This document shows positions 22,509-35,600 of a stretch of DNA of 54,873 nucleotides, piece by piece. Numbering within the stretch: position 1 is the first letter of the stretch; every line of letters starts with the position of its first letter. The stretch is taken from positions 1,684,814-1,739,686 of the forward strand of contig MU004240.1 in the NCBI GenBank assembly GCA_010405405.1. The letters are read 5' to 3'. The DNA is from Microthyrium microscopicum. Lineage: Eukaryota. The position numbers and the translations under genes were made by a program. The notes under the pieces were generated by a model that did no database searches, was not told the DNA's origin, and saw only the letters and a list, made by a program, of their open reading frames with translations.

Positions 22509-25071
22509 ATGGACAAGTCATTACAATCCCTTGTATCGAAGAGACGCTCTGGAAAGAGATCAGATGTCGATGAGAAAGAGAGATATTTTCTGGACTTACC
22601 CTGCTCAAGTCTGTATGACACGCGCTGGTGGTGGAGCGCGCACAACCACGAGGTAAGAACAGTGTATCCCATTACATTCGATGGGTTCCTTGGATGGCAT
22701 CAGAATTTTGAGTACCGTGGGCCCCATCAGATGCGATAGCTCACGTAACCTTCATACTCATCATTTCCAATCAATCGCACTCTAGACATGCTCAGCAACA
22801 TTTATAACGACATGAGCTCATACGCGACAACGCATTTGGACACCATCGCCAACTGCAAGCCTTTCCAGGCTGAACGGTATGTAATTTTGACAATGGCGCG
22901 TTCCCAGGAAGTGCGATGGCTCCCATACAAGACGGTCTGCTATCGAGTGCTTTATTTGCCATGAAGGGCGTTCGCATTGGAAACATCTAGCAGATACGAT
23001 GGAGATTGAAGCACTCGATGACAGAACGTAGCGTCTGGGCGCCATCACAGTTAATGGGAGTACGCCATTTATATTTTGCCATGCCGTTGTCGCGGTCGTG
23101 GGAGCCGTCAACGGGAGCCATCGACGCTGATGGGTGTCAAAGTACCACAATGCTAACAGGTTCTAGGATGCTAAAGAAAGAGGCAGCGTCCCAGGTTCAC
23201 AATGCTCGCCAAACAGCTGCCAGTGAGCAATTTGACACTGTCAAGAAGCTGCAAGAAGACAAAGCAACCTTTTACAATGACCTGCGGAAATCTGGAGAGG
23301 AACTGAAAACCGCTCGAGACGAAGCCACCGGGATGCTCGAAAAGATGCGTGAAAATCGTGACCTCATACAAACCCAACTGGAGGAGGCTTAAGCTTCCTG
23401 CGTCACTCTCAAATCTCAGAAACAAATCGCTATGAACCGTTCCGAAGAAATCGAGGAGGCTGCCGGCGCAGCAAATCGCCAATGGGAGATCGAAAAAGAC
23501 GGATTCAACAAGGAAATCCAAGAAATAAAAAACGAGAAGATCGCTCTACAATCACGATCAGACACCATGAGCCAAGAGGTTGCGGATCTACGTTCGCGTC
23601 AGATAGATACCGAACAACTCCTTAGCAATTCGAGCGCGAATGCGCGATCCGCTATCTCTCAGCTCGCGACCGAGCAAGACGAGACTAGGAAATTGAAGAT
23701 CACTGTAAAAGGTGCGGAAGCTGGCCGCGATGCCCTTCGTGAGACCATTAAACAAATGAAAGCCGAGAAAGCTTCTTACGCCCAGATTAATGAGGAACAA
23801 CGCGACCAAATTTTAGCCTTCGAATCCACGAAGTCTCAGCTGGAGGAGAAAATTCACCAAGAGCAAGACAAACAAACCCGACTGGGTCAGGACTGGCAGC
23901 AGTGCTTCACAACATTGCAAGACTCCACAACTGAACAGATTGCTGGCTTCGAGCATACAATCAAGTCGCAAACCCACTACAGCAAGGCCAAAAGGATGAA
24001 ATCACGCAGTTAGAGGCAAGACTCAAGGCAGTCACCGAGCTGGAATCATCCGCTCGGACGGGCGTTAGCGAGCTCGAGGCAAAGATCACAGACATGCAGA
24101 ATAAACAGAGCCAATCCAACCACAATAGTAACCAAGCCCTTGGTAAAGTGTGTGACGAACGCGACGGTCTACAAGAGACATTGGCAGAAGTTGAAAGTAA
24201 ATGCGGCATATTGGAATCGGAGAAGGAAACGTGGATGGCAAAAACAGATGACCTCCTCAACAAACTCGAGCAGTCTAAAGGAGAAGTAGAAAGTCTGCGC
24301 CAGCAAAATGGTGACCTGGAAACGCGAGCGATTGATTCTGAGGAAGAAGTCAAGACTCTCACAGCCAACTTCAGCCAGCAAACCAGTCTACTCAGCAACG
24401 CGAACGCCAACGCAAAATCTGCCATTTCAAAGTTAGAGGCGGAGCAAAACGAGCACCGAAGAATCCAGATCGTACTGACTGGCACAGAAAAAGGTCGAGA
24501 TGCGTTGCGGAAAAGCTTGACAGAAGCCAAGAGCACCATCAACGACCTGAACACCAAGTTGGACGAGATCAACCGACTGAAAAACGAAGAATCAGCCAAA
24601 ACACACGCTGTGACCACAAAACTCGAAAGTACCGAGCAAAGATACACCAATTTACAAACCCAGCACTCGGGGCTTCGATCGACATCCTCAAAGCGGATGA
24701 GCGGGCTGGAGGATGCAATAGTGCAGGCCGAAGGCGAGCAGAGCCAACTTGATCGGGCCTGGCAAAGTCGATATGACAATTTTGAGAAGGAGTCTAAGCA
24801 GAAGGTTGACGATTGGCAGAAAACCAACGCTGACAACCACGCCAATGAGATTGACACCCTAAACAGCAAATTAGCCACAGCCAAGGAGGATGGCGATAAG
24901 AGCACAAAAGAGACCGCAGACTTGACCGGAGGCATTGAAGAACTCTCCAAAGAAATAGCCGAACTTAATGGCAAGGTGGTCGCCGGAACACGACACATTA
25001 ATGCTTACAAAGACGATGTTGAAGTGTTAGAGAAGAAACTCACGGAACAAGCGGAATTGATCGAGGACTAA
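22509..25071 (+). pseudogene. Pseudogene of a long coiled-coil protein with an internal duplication
   Basis: Exon 22786-22876 splices via GTATGT(22877)...GCTAAC...TAG(23166) into MLKKEAAS. In-frame TAA at 23390 and frameshift near 23970. E/K/Q/L heptad composition. Repeated block LLSNSSANARSAISQL..GRDALR / LLSNANANAKSAISKL..GRDALR. The 5' end is uncertain. Confidence 0.7.
22885..23141. repeat. Hairpin element copy 2, filling a predicted 290-nt intron
   Basis: Shares TATCGAGTGCTTTATTTGCCA..AAGGGCGTTCG and GCCATCACAGTT..GGGAGTACGCCATTTA with 4552-4764, and is bounded by splice signals at 22877 and 23166. Confidence 0.82.
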
Positions 25072-27696
25072 AAATTGAACATGGAGCACATCACTACGGA
25101 GTATATAGCGCAATAATATGTATAGTTCTGTTTCAGTGAGGAATGAGCTGCGTCACGGACGGCCTTTGAATACTTTGCTGCTTCAAGAGCTACTACTTTT
25201 CATCGCTGGCCTCAACTGAGGATGGCACATGCGTCAATCGATGTAGCTTGAGAAGCTTGATCAAGTGCAATATTGGCTTGCGGCCTTTGTCGAAGCAGAC
25301 TTGCAGAGTTAATCATTTTCTCCTTGGAGTCCGCAAACGACTGTAACGTCGTTGGTGTCTGGTTCAAGACCGCAAAGGACTGGCTCTTTGAGTGATGTAT
25401 GTTGGGGTTTTGGACTTGTGAAGTGCCCCTGCATCGAATGGAGAATCGCTCAACTCTTCTTGAAGTCCGGAGACTGCTCACGTAAGGAGCTCGGCTCTGG
25501 GCTTGTACATAGAATGGAGTTTCGATCAGCGAGTCTGCTTTGCGCGTTGGATATATAGCTCTTGTTTAGCTTGAACTTCTCCTTGTACTTACTTAGTGGA
25601 TTTGCAGATTATCCTCTCTAGTGATCTCCCTCTCGTTGGCTTTCTCCCCAGTTATTCATCCTGCATATGCGTTCCTCATATCGATCGATTCCTACAGAAC
25701 CCATAAACCATGACGCTGCTTTGGTTACGATGGCACTGTTGTACGCAGTATATCCCTTTCCATACTCACACCGGCCAAGCAAGCACATTAGCCAATCCCA
25801 CCCATATCTGTTGTATGACTGCGTCAGGGTGAACTTCTATTATGGAAGGAGATGGTCCGAACCCCGGAAAGGCTCGTACGTGCGAGAACGCAGAGCCTGG
25901 GTTCTCAAAAAGCCCACCACTTTCAATGAACTGTCTTTGAGCTAACACGTATACACTTTCAGTAATCCACTCGATCGCTCCGTACTCTCCGTCACCACCT
26001 CCTCCGATCCCAAAGCTATTATTCACGTAGCTATATATACAAGCTTGTACTATAATGCAGAAAGGTCTGAATCCGGGAAGACCTTGTCGGCAACAGCAAG
26101 TGCGTTTGGGTACGGTGCTGCTTCGAAGCGCTACTCCGTTCGGTCTCTGTTATGTTTGAGGGACGTCATATATCCCTAAGGCCGGATACGCTGCTATCTT
26201 TACCGAAACATTTCTGGTGTTTCTCTCGCCGGTCTCCCCATCAATGCCCCGTCACTGCCCGGCGCCTACCCGCCAACCATGCCATTGAACAATAGCTCAC
26301 TCCAGGAAGGGCAAGGTGGTCCAAGAGAAAGAGCTCGGAGTCTGGCAAGCTATATGCCTGCAATCATTGTACCAAACGAAGACCTGGCCCTGCTTTGGCA
26401 ATCGGCTTTGCATTGCCAGACCTCGAGGGACAGTCACAATCGTCCTCCGCAGCTTGTGCGCGAGGACCTGCGCGCATACAACATTCAGAGCAAAGCTGTA
26501 CGCCTACAGGTAGTGTAGCAAGCGAGGTTTTGCCTTGATTCCCATTGGTTTCTAGAGCTTCGACCTCTAGAAAGTCATGCTCCTACAAATATTGTACCAA
26601 GGGAAGGCATGATCTTGCTTTGGCAACAGCCTGCCTTGCCGGCTCCCGACTTATCCTTCACAGCATGACCACTACATGTTCGCAGCCTGCCTGTTTGTTC
26701 GCTGGATAGTGAGCCCCGAATATACAACCCTCGGAGCAACAACGCCCACAGTGTCACATCTCAGTGGATCTGGAGCGGACAGTTGGATGGGTTGTCTTCT
26801 ATGCAATCCCGTACTGGAAGCGCGCGCAAGGTCTTTTTGATCAGCCTCTCTGATACTGTTTGATATATAGCAATTTATGTACTGATGTCGCCGGCTGATT
26901 GCTCACTCCATCGCAGTTACCTCGACTTGATACACGTAGCAGATGGCCATTAGCTTCTGCCCTATTCATTTCTCGCGCGGCTTTGTGACATAGAGCTCCT
27001 ATATCAATCCCTAGAGTTCCGAAGTGTCCTCAACCCAGTAGCTAGCCATTAGACCTACGCCCTCCCTATTCTATGCGGCTTTCTCGCTGTCTGTACATCC
27101 AGTGATCGTCCGTTCCTACCCAGGATTACCGTCATTCTTAGGCAGACAATATTTAAATGCGTACTCAGCACTAACACGCCAGCGACAGGAACGGAGTCGT
27201 AACACGTCCCGCCACAATCATACACACTGGGTGTTCTGACAGGAAACGTATCGGTACTGGAGAAAAGAAGTGAGATCAGTAAACCAGACTGGCTCGATAA
27301 ACCATTGACATATAGTCAATACAGCTACCCTAAGGAAACCGTCCCGTCCGTTTCACCAACCACTCAACGTGACCTCCCCCATCTGGCGCAAGTGCACCAC
27401 AGCTCTACCCCATCCTAGCGCAGTTTACCGTGTCTCGCCCCTATTCGGCGCCTTTTGCTGTGGCCTTTCTACCGTTGTTGGGCGCCAGTTGCCGCGACCT
27501 TACCTCCATGTAGCGCGAGTTTACTATGCTTCTGCTCTATCTAGCCCAGCTCGCCGCGAGCTCTTCTTCTTTTGAAGAATTCGTCGTGACCTTTCCCCCC
27601 ACCTGGCGCAAGCTTGCCAAAGCCTCTCCATCAAGCTAGGCCGGGGCTCAATATAGAGCCAAAACAGAGCCTACAGCCGGCTCCATCGCTAGTGTT

Positions 27697-29070
27697 AGTG
27701 TTGGTTTGAACCTAACCGTAGCTAGTTGAGTCAGGATAAACCCCAGAGAACGAAAAGCAGGCCCACCGGCAGGGTGTCACTGCAGCCGGTAGTGTTGTTT
27801 GAACCTGACCGTGGCCAACCTTGTGGAGCGGCAATGGACCCTATCGCAGGCCGCTTCATAGCCAACACAGTAGCTCCAGGAACTGGTTTCACGATGGCGC
27901 CGGAGCTGGTGGTGTTGGCTTGAAGCTGACCGCAGCCAGCCTTGCGGAGTCATAATGAACACCATAGGCTGCTTCATTGGAGCCGGTGGTGATGGTCTGA
28001 ACCTGACCATGGATCTCACGGGCCAATCATAGGCTGCTTCATTGCCAACACTGTGGCTCCAGGAACTGGTCTCGCGACAGCATTGTAGCCGGTGCTGTTG
28101 TTCTGGAAACCTGAATACAGCAAACTCCGTGTTCAACATGGCATCCGACGACCAAACTGCCCATGGTATTGGTTTGCACCTCACCGCAGCCAACCTCGTG
28201 AAGCGGCAATGGACCACATAGGCAGACTGTAGGCTGCTTCATTGCTAACACAGTCGCTGCAGGAACAGCTTGAGCGACAGCCTTGCCGGCGGTGTTAGCT
28301 TGAATCTGAACGCAGCCAACATCGCGTTCATCATGGAGCCAGAATGGAATCTGGAGGCCAAACCGCCAATGGTGTTGGTTCGAACCTGACCGCAGCCGCA
28401 ATGAAACGCGCAAGCCGAGCAACAAGCCGCTTCACTGTGAAGCCCACAGGCCGCCAGGCTAGCCGCAGTCAACTTCATGGATCCCAGCTACTCCATTGCC
28501 AGCATTGAGCCATTGGTGTTGGCTGAACATGATCGCAGCCGCAATGAAACGCGCAAGCCGAGCAACAAGCCGCTTCACTGTGAAGCCCACAGGCCGCCAG
28601 GCTAGCCGCAGTCAACTTCATGGATCCCAGCCATTCCATTACCAGCATTGGAGCAGGTGGTGTTGGTTTGAACATAACCGCAGCCGCAATGAACTCGCAG
28701 ACCCAGCAGCAAGCCGCTTCACTGACTCATTGGCGTCTGTTGAAACCAAGCTGGAACCAAGTCCGTGATTGTCGTGGAGTCAAAATGAAGCCCACAAACC
28801 GCGCATTGGAACTAGGGTAACCGTAGTAAGCTGTCAAGGAGGCCAGAAGGTAAACAGGAGGCCGAGCAGGCAGCCATTCCATTGCTAGCATCGGAGTCAG
28901 TGGTGTTAAATCGCACATTACCACAACCGCAAGGAACTCGCATACCCAGCAGCAAGCCGCTTCACTAGTTCATTGGCATTCGATGGAAGGAGACCACGGC
29001 CAACTTCGTGATCATTATGAAGCCACAATAGACCGGACCGCCGGCAGTGTTGGATGAACAGACACCAGCC
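27697..29070. repeat. Degenerate GC-rich array of about 12 copies of GGTGTTGGTTTGAACCTGACCGCAGCC, with higher-order duplications
   Basis: Motif cores near 27703, 27796, 27917, 27994, 28100, 28171, 28297, 28377, 28521, 28665, 28905 and 29050. Near-identical duplicate 28391-28488 / 28534-28631. No consistent reading frame. Confidence 0.8.
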
Positions 29071-29275
29071 AAGTGTGTATTTATCGGGGAGTCATATTGA
29101 AGCCTATGAGCACTCCTAACTACTATTGTTAAATATCGGATAGGCGTAGAAGATTTAATATAGCCTATATACTTACTAAGAGGAGGGTATCCAAGATTTA
29201 AAAAGTATAAAATAAATATCTTATATAATAAATAATATTTAAATTAAGATATAAATAAGCTAAAAAATATAGAAT

Positions 29276-29604
29276 TATAAAGAATCCTTATAGGTTTAGT
29301 ATTATAGTATTTAGATATAGAGATCTAATCTTATAGATAAGATCTCTTTATCTCGTTTAGAATTAGTATGTCTAAGGATCTATATAAGGAATCTTTATAG
29401 GTTTAGTATTATAGTATTTAGATATAGAAATCTAATCTTATAGATAAAATCTCTCTATCCCGTTTAGAGTTAGTATATCTAAGGATCCCTTAGGCCCTAT
29501 ATCTTTATATTTATAACTATATCTCTAGATCTCTTTTCTCTATACTTAAATCCTATAATACTAGCTACTTTCTACTTACCTATTACGTTTATTAGCTCCT
29601 TATA
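29276..29604 (+). repeat. 5' LTR (TGT...ACA ends RIP-converted to TAT...ATA) with an internal 107-bp tandem duplication
   Basis: Direct repeat of 36876-37204. Confidence 0.9.
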
Positions 29605-32600
29605 TAATCTAAGTACCTCTATATTAAATTTTATACTTTATATATATTTTATATATTATTAATAAACGCGTAGAGATATTTAATAATTCCTATTAAATTA
29701 CTATAGTTGTACTATAAATTTAACTAATTAGTATTTAGTAATACTACTCTTAATTAGGATTAGCGTTATTAAAGGTGCTAGTAAATTTATAAATACTAAC
29801 TAAAGTAATATAAATTTAGTATTATTTACTAAAATAAAGACTACTTAAAGGCCTAAGCTTTGCTCTATAGTATTCTTTTTAGATCTATAGAGACGTTTAT
29901 ACTACTTCCTTTCTACTAACTATAAAATATACTTATCTTATTCTTTATTAATTTATATTTATTAAATCTATTAAATTAGTTCTAATTTATTAAGAAATAC
30001 TATATTATTTAGTTACGTATTACTATAAGTAAAGCGCTACTTATTCTTAGTCTTAAACTAGTATTAAGTAACTTTTATATTACTTATAAGCGTAATAGTA
30101 TTAGTATTTAAAGTTACTTAGTTTTACTTTACTATAGCGAAGATAGCTACTTTACTAAGAAGCTAGTTATCCTAAATATAGAAACTAATTAATAATCTAC
30201 TATTATATTAACGCTATAGTAAGAGAGTATCCTAGTAGTTAAATCTATTAAAAAGTTATCTCTATTACCTAAAGTAGCTTTAGATAATAAAGATAAAGAA
30301 TTCCTCTATTAAAATACTTAAGTTAGTATTAATATTTAATAACTTTATAAGATTGTTACTAGACTATTAACTATAGTACCTATTATATTAGTAAGTATAA
30401 TAAAAAAGCTAAGATTAAAAGATAAAGAGGTATTAACCTTTAGTATTATTATTAGTAGTCTACTAAATAAAAGTACATTAGAAATAAGATTACCTATTAA
30501 TATTTATTATTAGCTAGAATTACTAGTATATAAAAAAGAACCTTATAATATTTTTATATTATTTCTACTCTATTTACCTCTAAAACTAATAGACCTTAAT
30601 AATAAAATTATATTACTTACTAGTATAAAGCCTTTATTTATATAAGCTTTATATAAAGTTAAACTAGAGATAGAGAAATAGATATTAGTAGTTCTTTAGA
30701 ATAATTCTAATAATTTTACTACTTTCTAGAAATATTATATATTAATATCTAATAGTAAGTATTTAGATTAATATATTAAGTTTATAAAAAAAGATTAATT
30801 CTTTAAATAACTATATATTGCGTTAGTAATTAATTAAACTATAGTATTATATTACTAGTTTACTTAAAAACTTTAAGATTAGCTAGTAGAAGAACTTATA
30901 AATACTAATATAAAAGTAGATTAACTAAGTAAATTAGTAGAAGTACTATAAGAAGAAGTAGCTACCTATTAGTAGATAATAATAGATTTTAAAGTACTTA
31001 TTAACTAAATTCGCTATAACTATAAGTTAGTACTAACTACTACTTATTTAAATAAATAAGTAGCTTTTACTAAATTAGTAAAGAAGCGTAATACTAATCT
31101 ATAATATTATAAGTTAGTTATTAACCTTTACTACTAGATTTAAGAACTTAAGAATAGACTTTAGACGAATTTAAACTAAATCTACGTTAATTTAGATAAT
31201 TTAGAAAATAATATCTTTCTAAGTTATTCTATATTATAAGTAACGTATCTAGTAGTTTTATACTTATAGCTTTAAGCCTAAGGAATATACTATATTTTAC
31301 TATTATTAATAGCTAATAGTATCTTCTTAGTAATACTTATAAAGTTTAAAGAACTTAGCGATTTTAAAAATAAATCTACGTACTATAAATAGTAAAAGGA
31401 AAAGATATTAGATATACTTCTTAATAAGAATATATATCTATACGTCTCTACTAAAAAGAAGAAAATTAAGTATATTTATATCTATTATACTAGCTTTACT
31501 TATAATATTATAGTTATATATAAAGGTTATAAGTTAAAGAACCTTTATAATATTATAAAAGAGATATAGGTAAATCTAAATAGTTATTACTATTCTAAGA
31601 ACGCTTTTAAAAATATTAAGGTATAGTTAAAGTTCTTAAATATTAAAATAAAAGATATAGAAAGTCTTTAAGCCTTTATTAGCTACTTCTTAACGAATTT
31701 AGTAAATATAGAACTATTTAAGCGTAAGAAGATTATTAAATTATAAGATTTTATTAACTATAAGTTTATAAACCTACTAGTAAGCTAGTATTTTAGTAGT
31801 TTTACTATATTTTATGCTTAACTTTACCTAATTACGTACTAAATTAATTATAAGCCTATTACTATAAATAATACTTCTTATAGCTATAATAATAATTAGT
31901 CTACTAATAAAGAGGCCTAAAATAATAAAACTAGTAATATTAACTATCCTATAGACGTCTTTAACGCCTTAAAAATAAATAAACGTTATATCTATTATAA
32001 ATAAAAAGGTTACTACTACTTTAATAAGACTACGCTATATAAAGATTAGGAACCTTTATTTAATAATAAGATTAAAGCCTTAGTTATATCTTTAGTAGTA
32101 ATATTTATAAAAGTTTAAAAAGAATAGTAACCTTTTATAAAGAATACTACTAAGGATAATAATTATTAGTCTTTAAACTAGATACTCTTTTACTAAGCTA
32201 TAAGGAGAAGCTAAATAAGACTAAAATATATAATAAAAGAAAGAAACGTATCTTTAACGCTAATACTAAGTATATAAAGAAGATATTCTATTAATATAAT
32301 AAAGAATAGTACTAAAATACTAAAAAAGCTAAAAAAATATTCTATTAAGCTAAAAAAGACTATAAAAATATTAAAGAAAAGGTATAAGAAAAAACTAAGA
32401 AGATACTTAGCTATCTTTACTAGTATATTTAGCGCCTTAAATATAAAGATACTATTTATAAGAAATAAGTCTTACTAGTATACTTATATACTATCTATAT
32501 TTTACTAGCCTTTATTATATTAGTAATATAGCTTTAAGATATTAAAAAAAAAGATTCTATTATTAAATTATAATAGACTACTATTAGCTTAGTATTTATA

Positions 32601-35600
32601 CTATAGTATTTAATCTACTCTAATGCTAGTATTTTAATTAATATTAGTAGTAGTATAATAAAAATTATTAACCTTTATTATCTTTAGCAATATAATATTT
32701 CTACTTTTTAACTTATATATCTATACTTAGTAATACTTATTAATAGTAAGTTAGTATCTATAATTAATTAAACTACTATTCTTAATTTACGTATTAGATA
32801 CTATATTAAGTAAATTAGCTATTTCGTTATAAAAGTAGCCTTTTATAATCTAATCTTAGGAGTACCCTAGCTAAATTAATATAAAGTTAACCTATATAGA
32901 GATTTAAAAATATTAACTTTTTATAATATAAAATATATTATAAATTATATTATATTATAATGCTTAATTACTATAAACTTAAAAGAACGATTTATAAACT
33001 TAGAATTACTTAAAGAATTAGATATTACTTTTATATCTATAGTAGCGTTTAAGAAACTAATAAAGCGTAAAGACGCTATAGTTAATATATTCTAGCTTAA
33101 AGATTTTAATAACGAAAAAGAAAAGAAACCTCCTAATAGTAATAAAGATAATAATAATAAATTTACTATAAACCTTACTATATATACTATATTAAAAGAA
33201 AATTATTTTAAATAGTAAAATAAGTAAGATTACTCTTATTTATTAAGAGAGAAGATCTTAAAACTTATTCTAAAACGTTTCTACTAATATTTTAAAGTCT
33301 TTAATCTAAAGCGTTTAAATATCCTTACGCCTTATTATAGTAAATATAACTACGCTATTAATTTTATTCCTAATACTAAAATTCTAAAACGCTAATCTAT
33401 ATTAATATTACTAAAATAAGCCTTAGTTATTAAATAATATATTAAAAGTCTACTCTAGCGTAGTTTTGCTATAAGTTTAAAATCTTAATATACTATACCT
33501 ATACTTTATATAAGTAAGCTAGGAGAAGATATCTATATTTATATTAATTATTATAGATTAAATAATATTACTATTAAAAATAGTAATATTCTACTACTTA
33601 TTAGTAAGATACTTATATACTTTATAAAGGTAAAGTATTACTCTAAGTTTAATATTATTACTACCTTTAAACGTATTTATATTAAACCTAAAAATAAATA
33701 TAAAATAGTATTCTTAATATACTATAGCCTATTTAAGTTTAAAGTACTACTTTTTAGCCTTATAGAGGAACTAAGAATATTCTAAGTATATATTAATTAT
33801 ACGCTAATATAGTTTTTAGATAATTTTATAACTATTTATTTAAATAATATTCTAATATTTAGTAAAATACTAAAAGAATATAACGCTTATATATATTTAG
33901 TACTAGACGTATTAAAATATATAGGCTTATTTCTTAATATTAAGAAGTTAGAGTTTGCTATTTAAAAAGTAAAATACCTTAGTCTAATTATTACTATAAA
34001 AGGTATTAAGATAAATCCTTTAAAGATTAATATAGTAGTTAACTAGAAATAACTAAGCTATCTTAAAGATATTTAGGCGTTCCTTAAATTTACTAACTTC
34101 TACTAATAGTTTATCTTTAATTACTCTACTATAGTAATACTCTTAATAAATCTTACTTAGAAGGATACTTTAGCTATATTCTCCTAGAATCTTAATAAGC
34201 CTAAAGAATAAGCTTTTAAGAAGCTAAAAGTAGACTTTACTAGTACGCTAATACTTTAATACTTTAACTATATTAAGGAAACTTAGATAGAGATAGATAT
34301 ATTAAATTAAGCTTATACTACTATATTATTATAAAAAGATATAAATAGTAATCTAAAACTAGTTACTTTCCTTTCTAAAAAAATATTACTAGTAAAATAT
34401 AATTATAATATTTATAATAAGAAACTACTTACTATTATCTATACTTTTAAGAAATAAAAACTTAAGTTATTTAGTACTAAAGATATTATAAAGATATTCT
34501 TAGATTATTAAAATCTTTAAATCTTTATAAAGACTAAGAAGCTTATATACTATTAAATACGCTAAGCTAAATTCCTATTATAGTTTTACTTCTTAATTAA
34601 GTATTATCTTAGTAAAGATAATAGTAAAGCTAACGCTTTAATCTAAAGATTATAGAATATACTCTAAAGTAATAAAGACTTATAGATTAAGTAATAGTAT
34701 TAACTACTTTTATTCTTATATTAATTTAGTACTAAATAAGCTATTAAACTAGTAGTAATACTTATTAACTCTATTACTTTATCCTTTATATAGATAGCTA
34801 TACTTATATTAAATAAGCTAAATATTACTATAGTAAAGAAGTCTAATTTAGAACCTATTATAGAAAGCTCTTAGAATAGAGCTCTAGCTAGTTTAGATAA
34901 TTTACTACTAGTTAATACTAAATCCCTAGATTTTAACCTAGAGTAGTTTATATAAAAAGTAATAAAGGTAAGTAAGGAAAATAAGTTACTTATTATAATC
35001 TAACTAGTAAAAGTATAGAAAGACTACTTCTTACTCTTTAGTATACTAGATTAAAATTAAATTAAATTAATAGATTATAAGGCTTTACTAAATAGTATTA
35101 TCTTCTATTAATAAAAATTATTTATACTAATAACGTATTTATAGAATAAAGTAATAAAACAAGCGTATTAATATAAAGTTATAAGTTATAAAAGAACTAT
35201 AATAACTTACTACTACTTTTAATAAGATTATTAGTAGTTAAGAATATTAAAATATATTAAAAAATATATTAAAGATTATTACTATATCTTTATAAAACTA
35301 ATACGCTAAAAGAAATAAAGACTCCTTCATTTATTTCTTTTACTAAATTAGGCTTAGTCTAATATCTCTATAGACTTTACTATTTTACTACTATATTATA
35401 TATACTAAGGTATAGTTTACTAGTATATTATAGTTATTATTAATTATTTAATGTAATTATAATAGTTTATTACTCTTCTAAGTCTTTTAGTAAAAATAAT
35501 AGTTATAGTATTTATTAATTAAGTATAGAAGTTATATAGTTAGCTAGATTCTATCTTTTTAGATTAAGAAACTTAATTTATATCTACCTTTTAGAGTTAC

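Noticed and set aside
23961..24998. 345-aa minus-strand ORF
   Set aside because: Antisense shadow (S/L/F-rich) of the plus-strand coiled-coil frame.
25200..27600. Several short ORFs that may be gene relics
   Set aside because: No coherent exon chain or recognisable motif could be built by eye.
27726..28924. Short ORFs in the repeat array, including a possible Kex2-processed repeat peptide (LVKRQ)
   Set aside because: The frame is not conserved between units, stops are frequent, and there is no signal peptide.
27697..29070. CRISPR-like appearance (short repeats separated by spacers)
   Set aside because: Fungal context, degenerate repeats, irregular spacing, spacers homologous to each other, and no cas genes.
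15400..29116. Starship-type giant element carrying the accessory genes
   Set aside because: No tyrosine-recombinase captain or boundary repeats are visible in this window.
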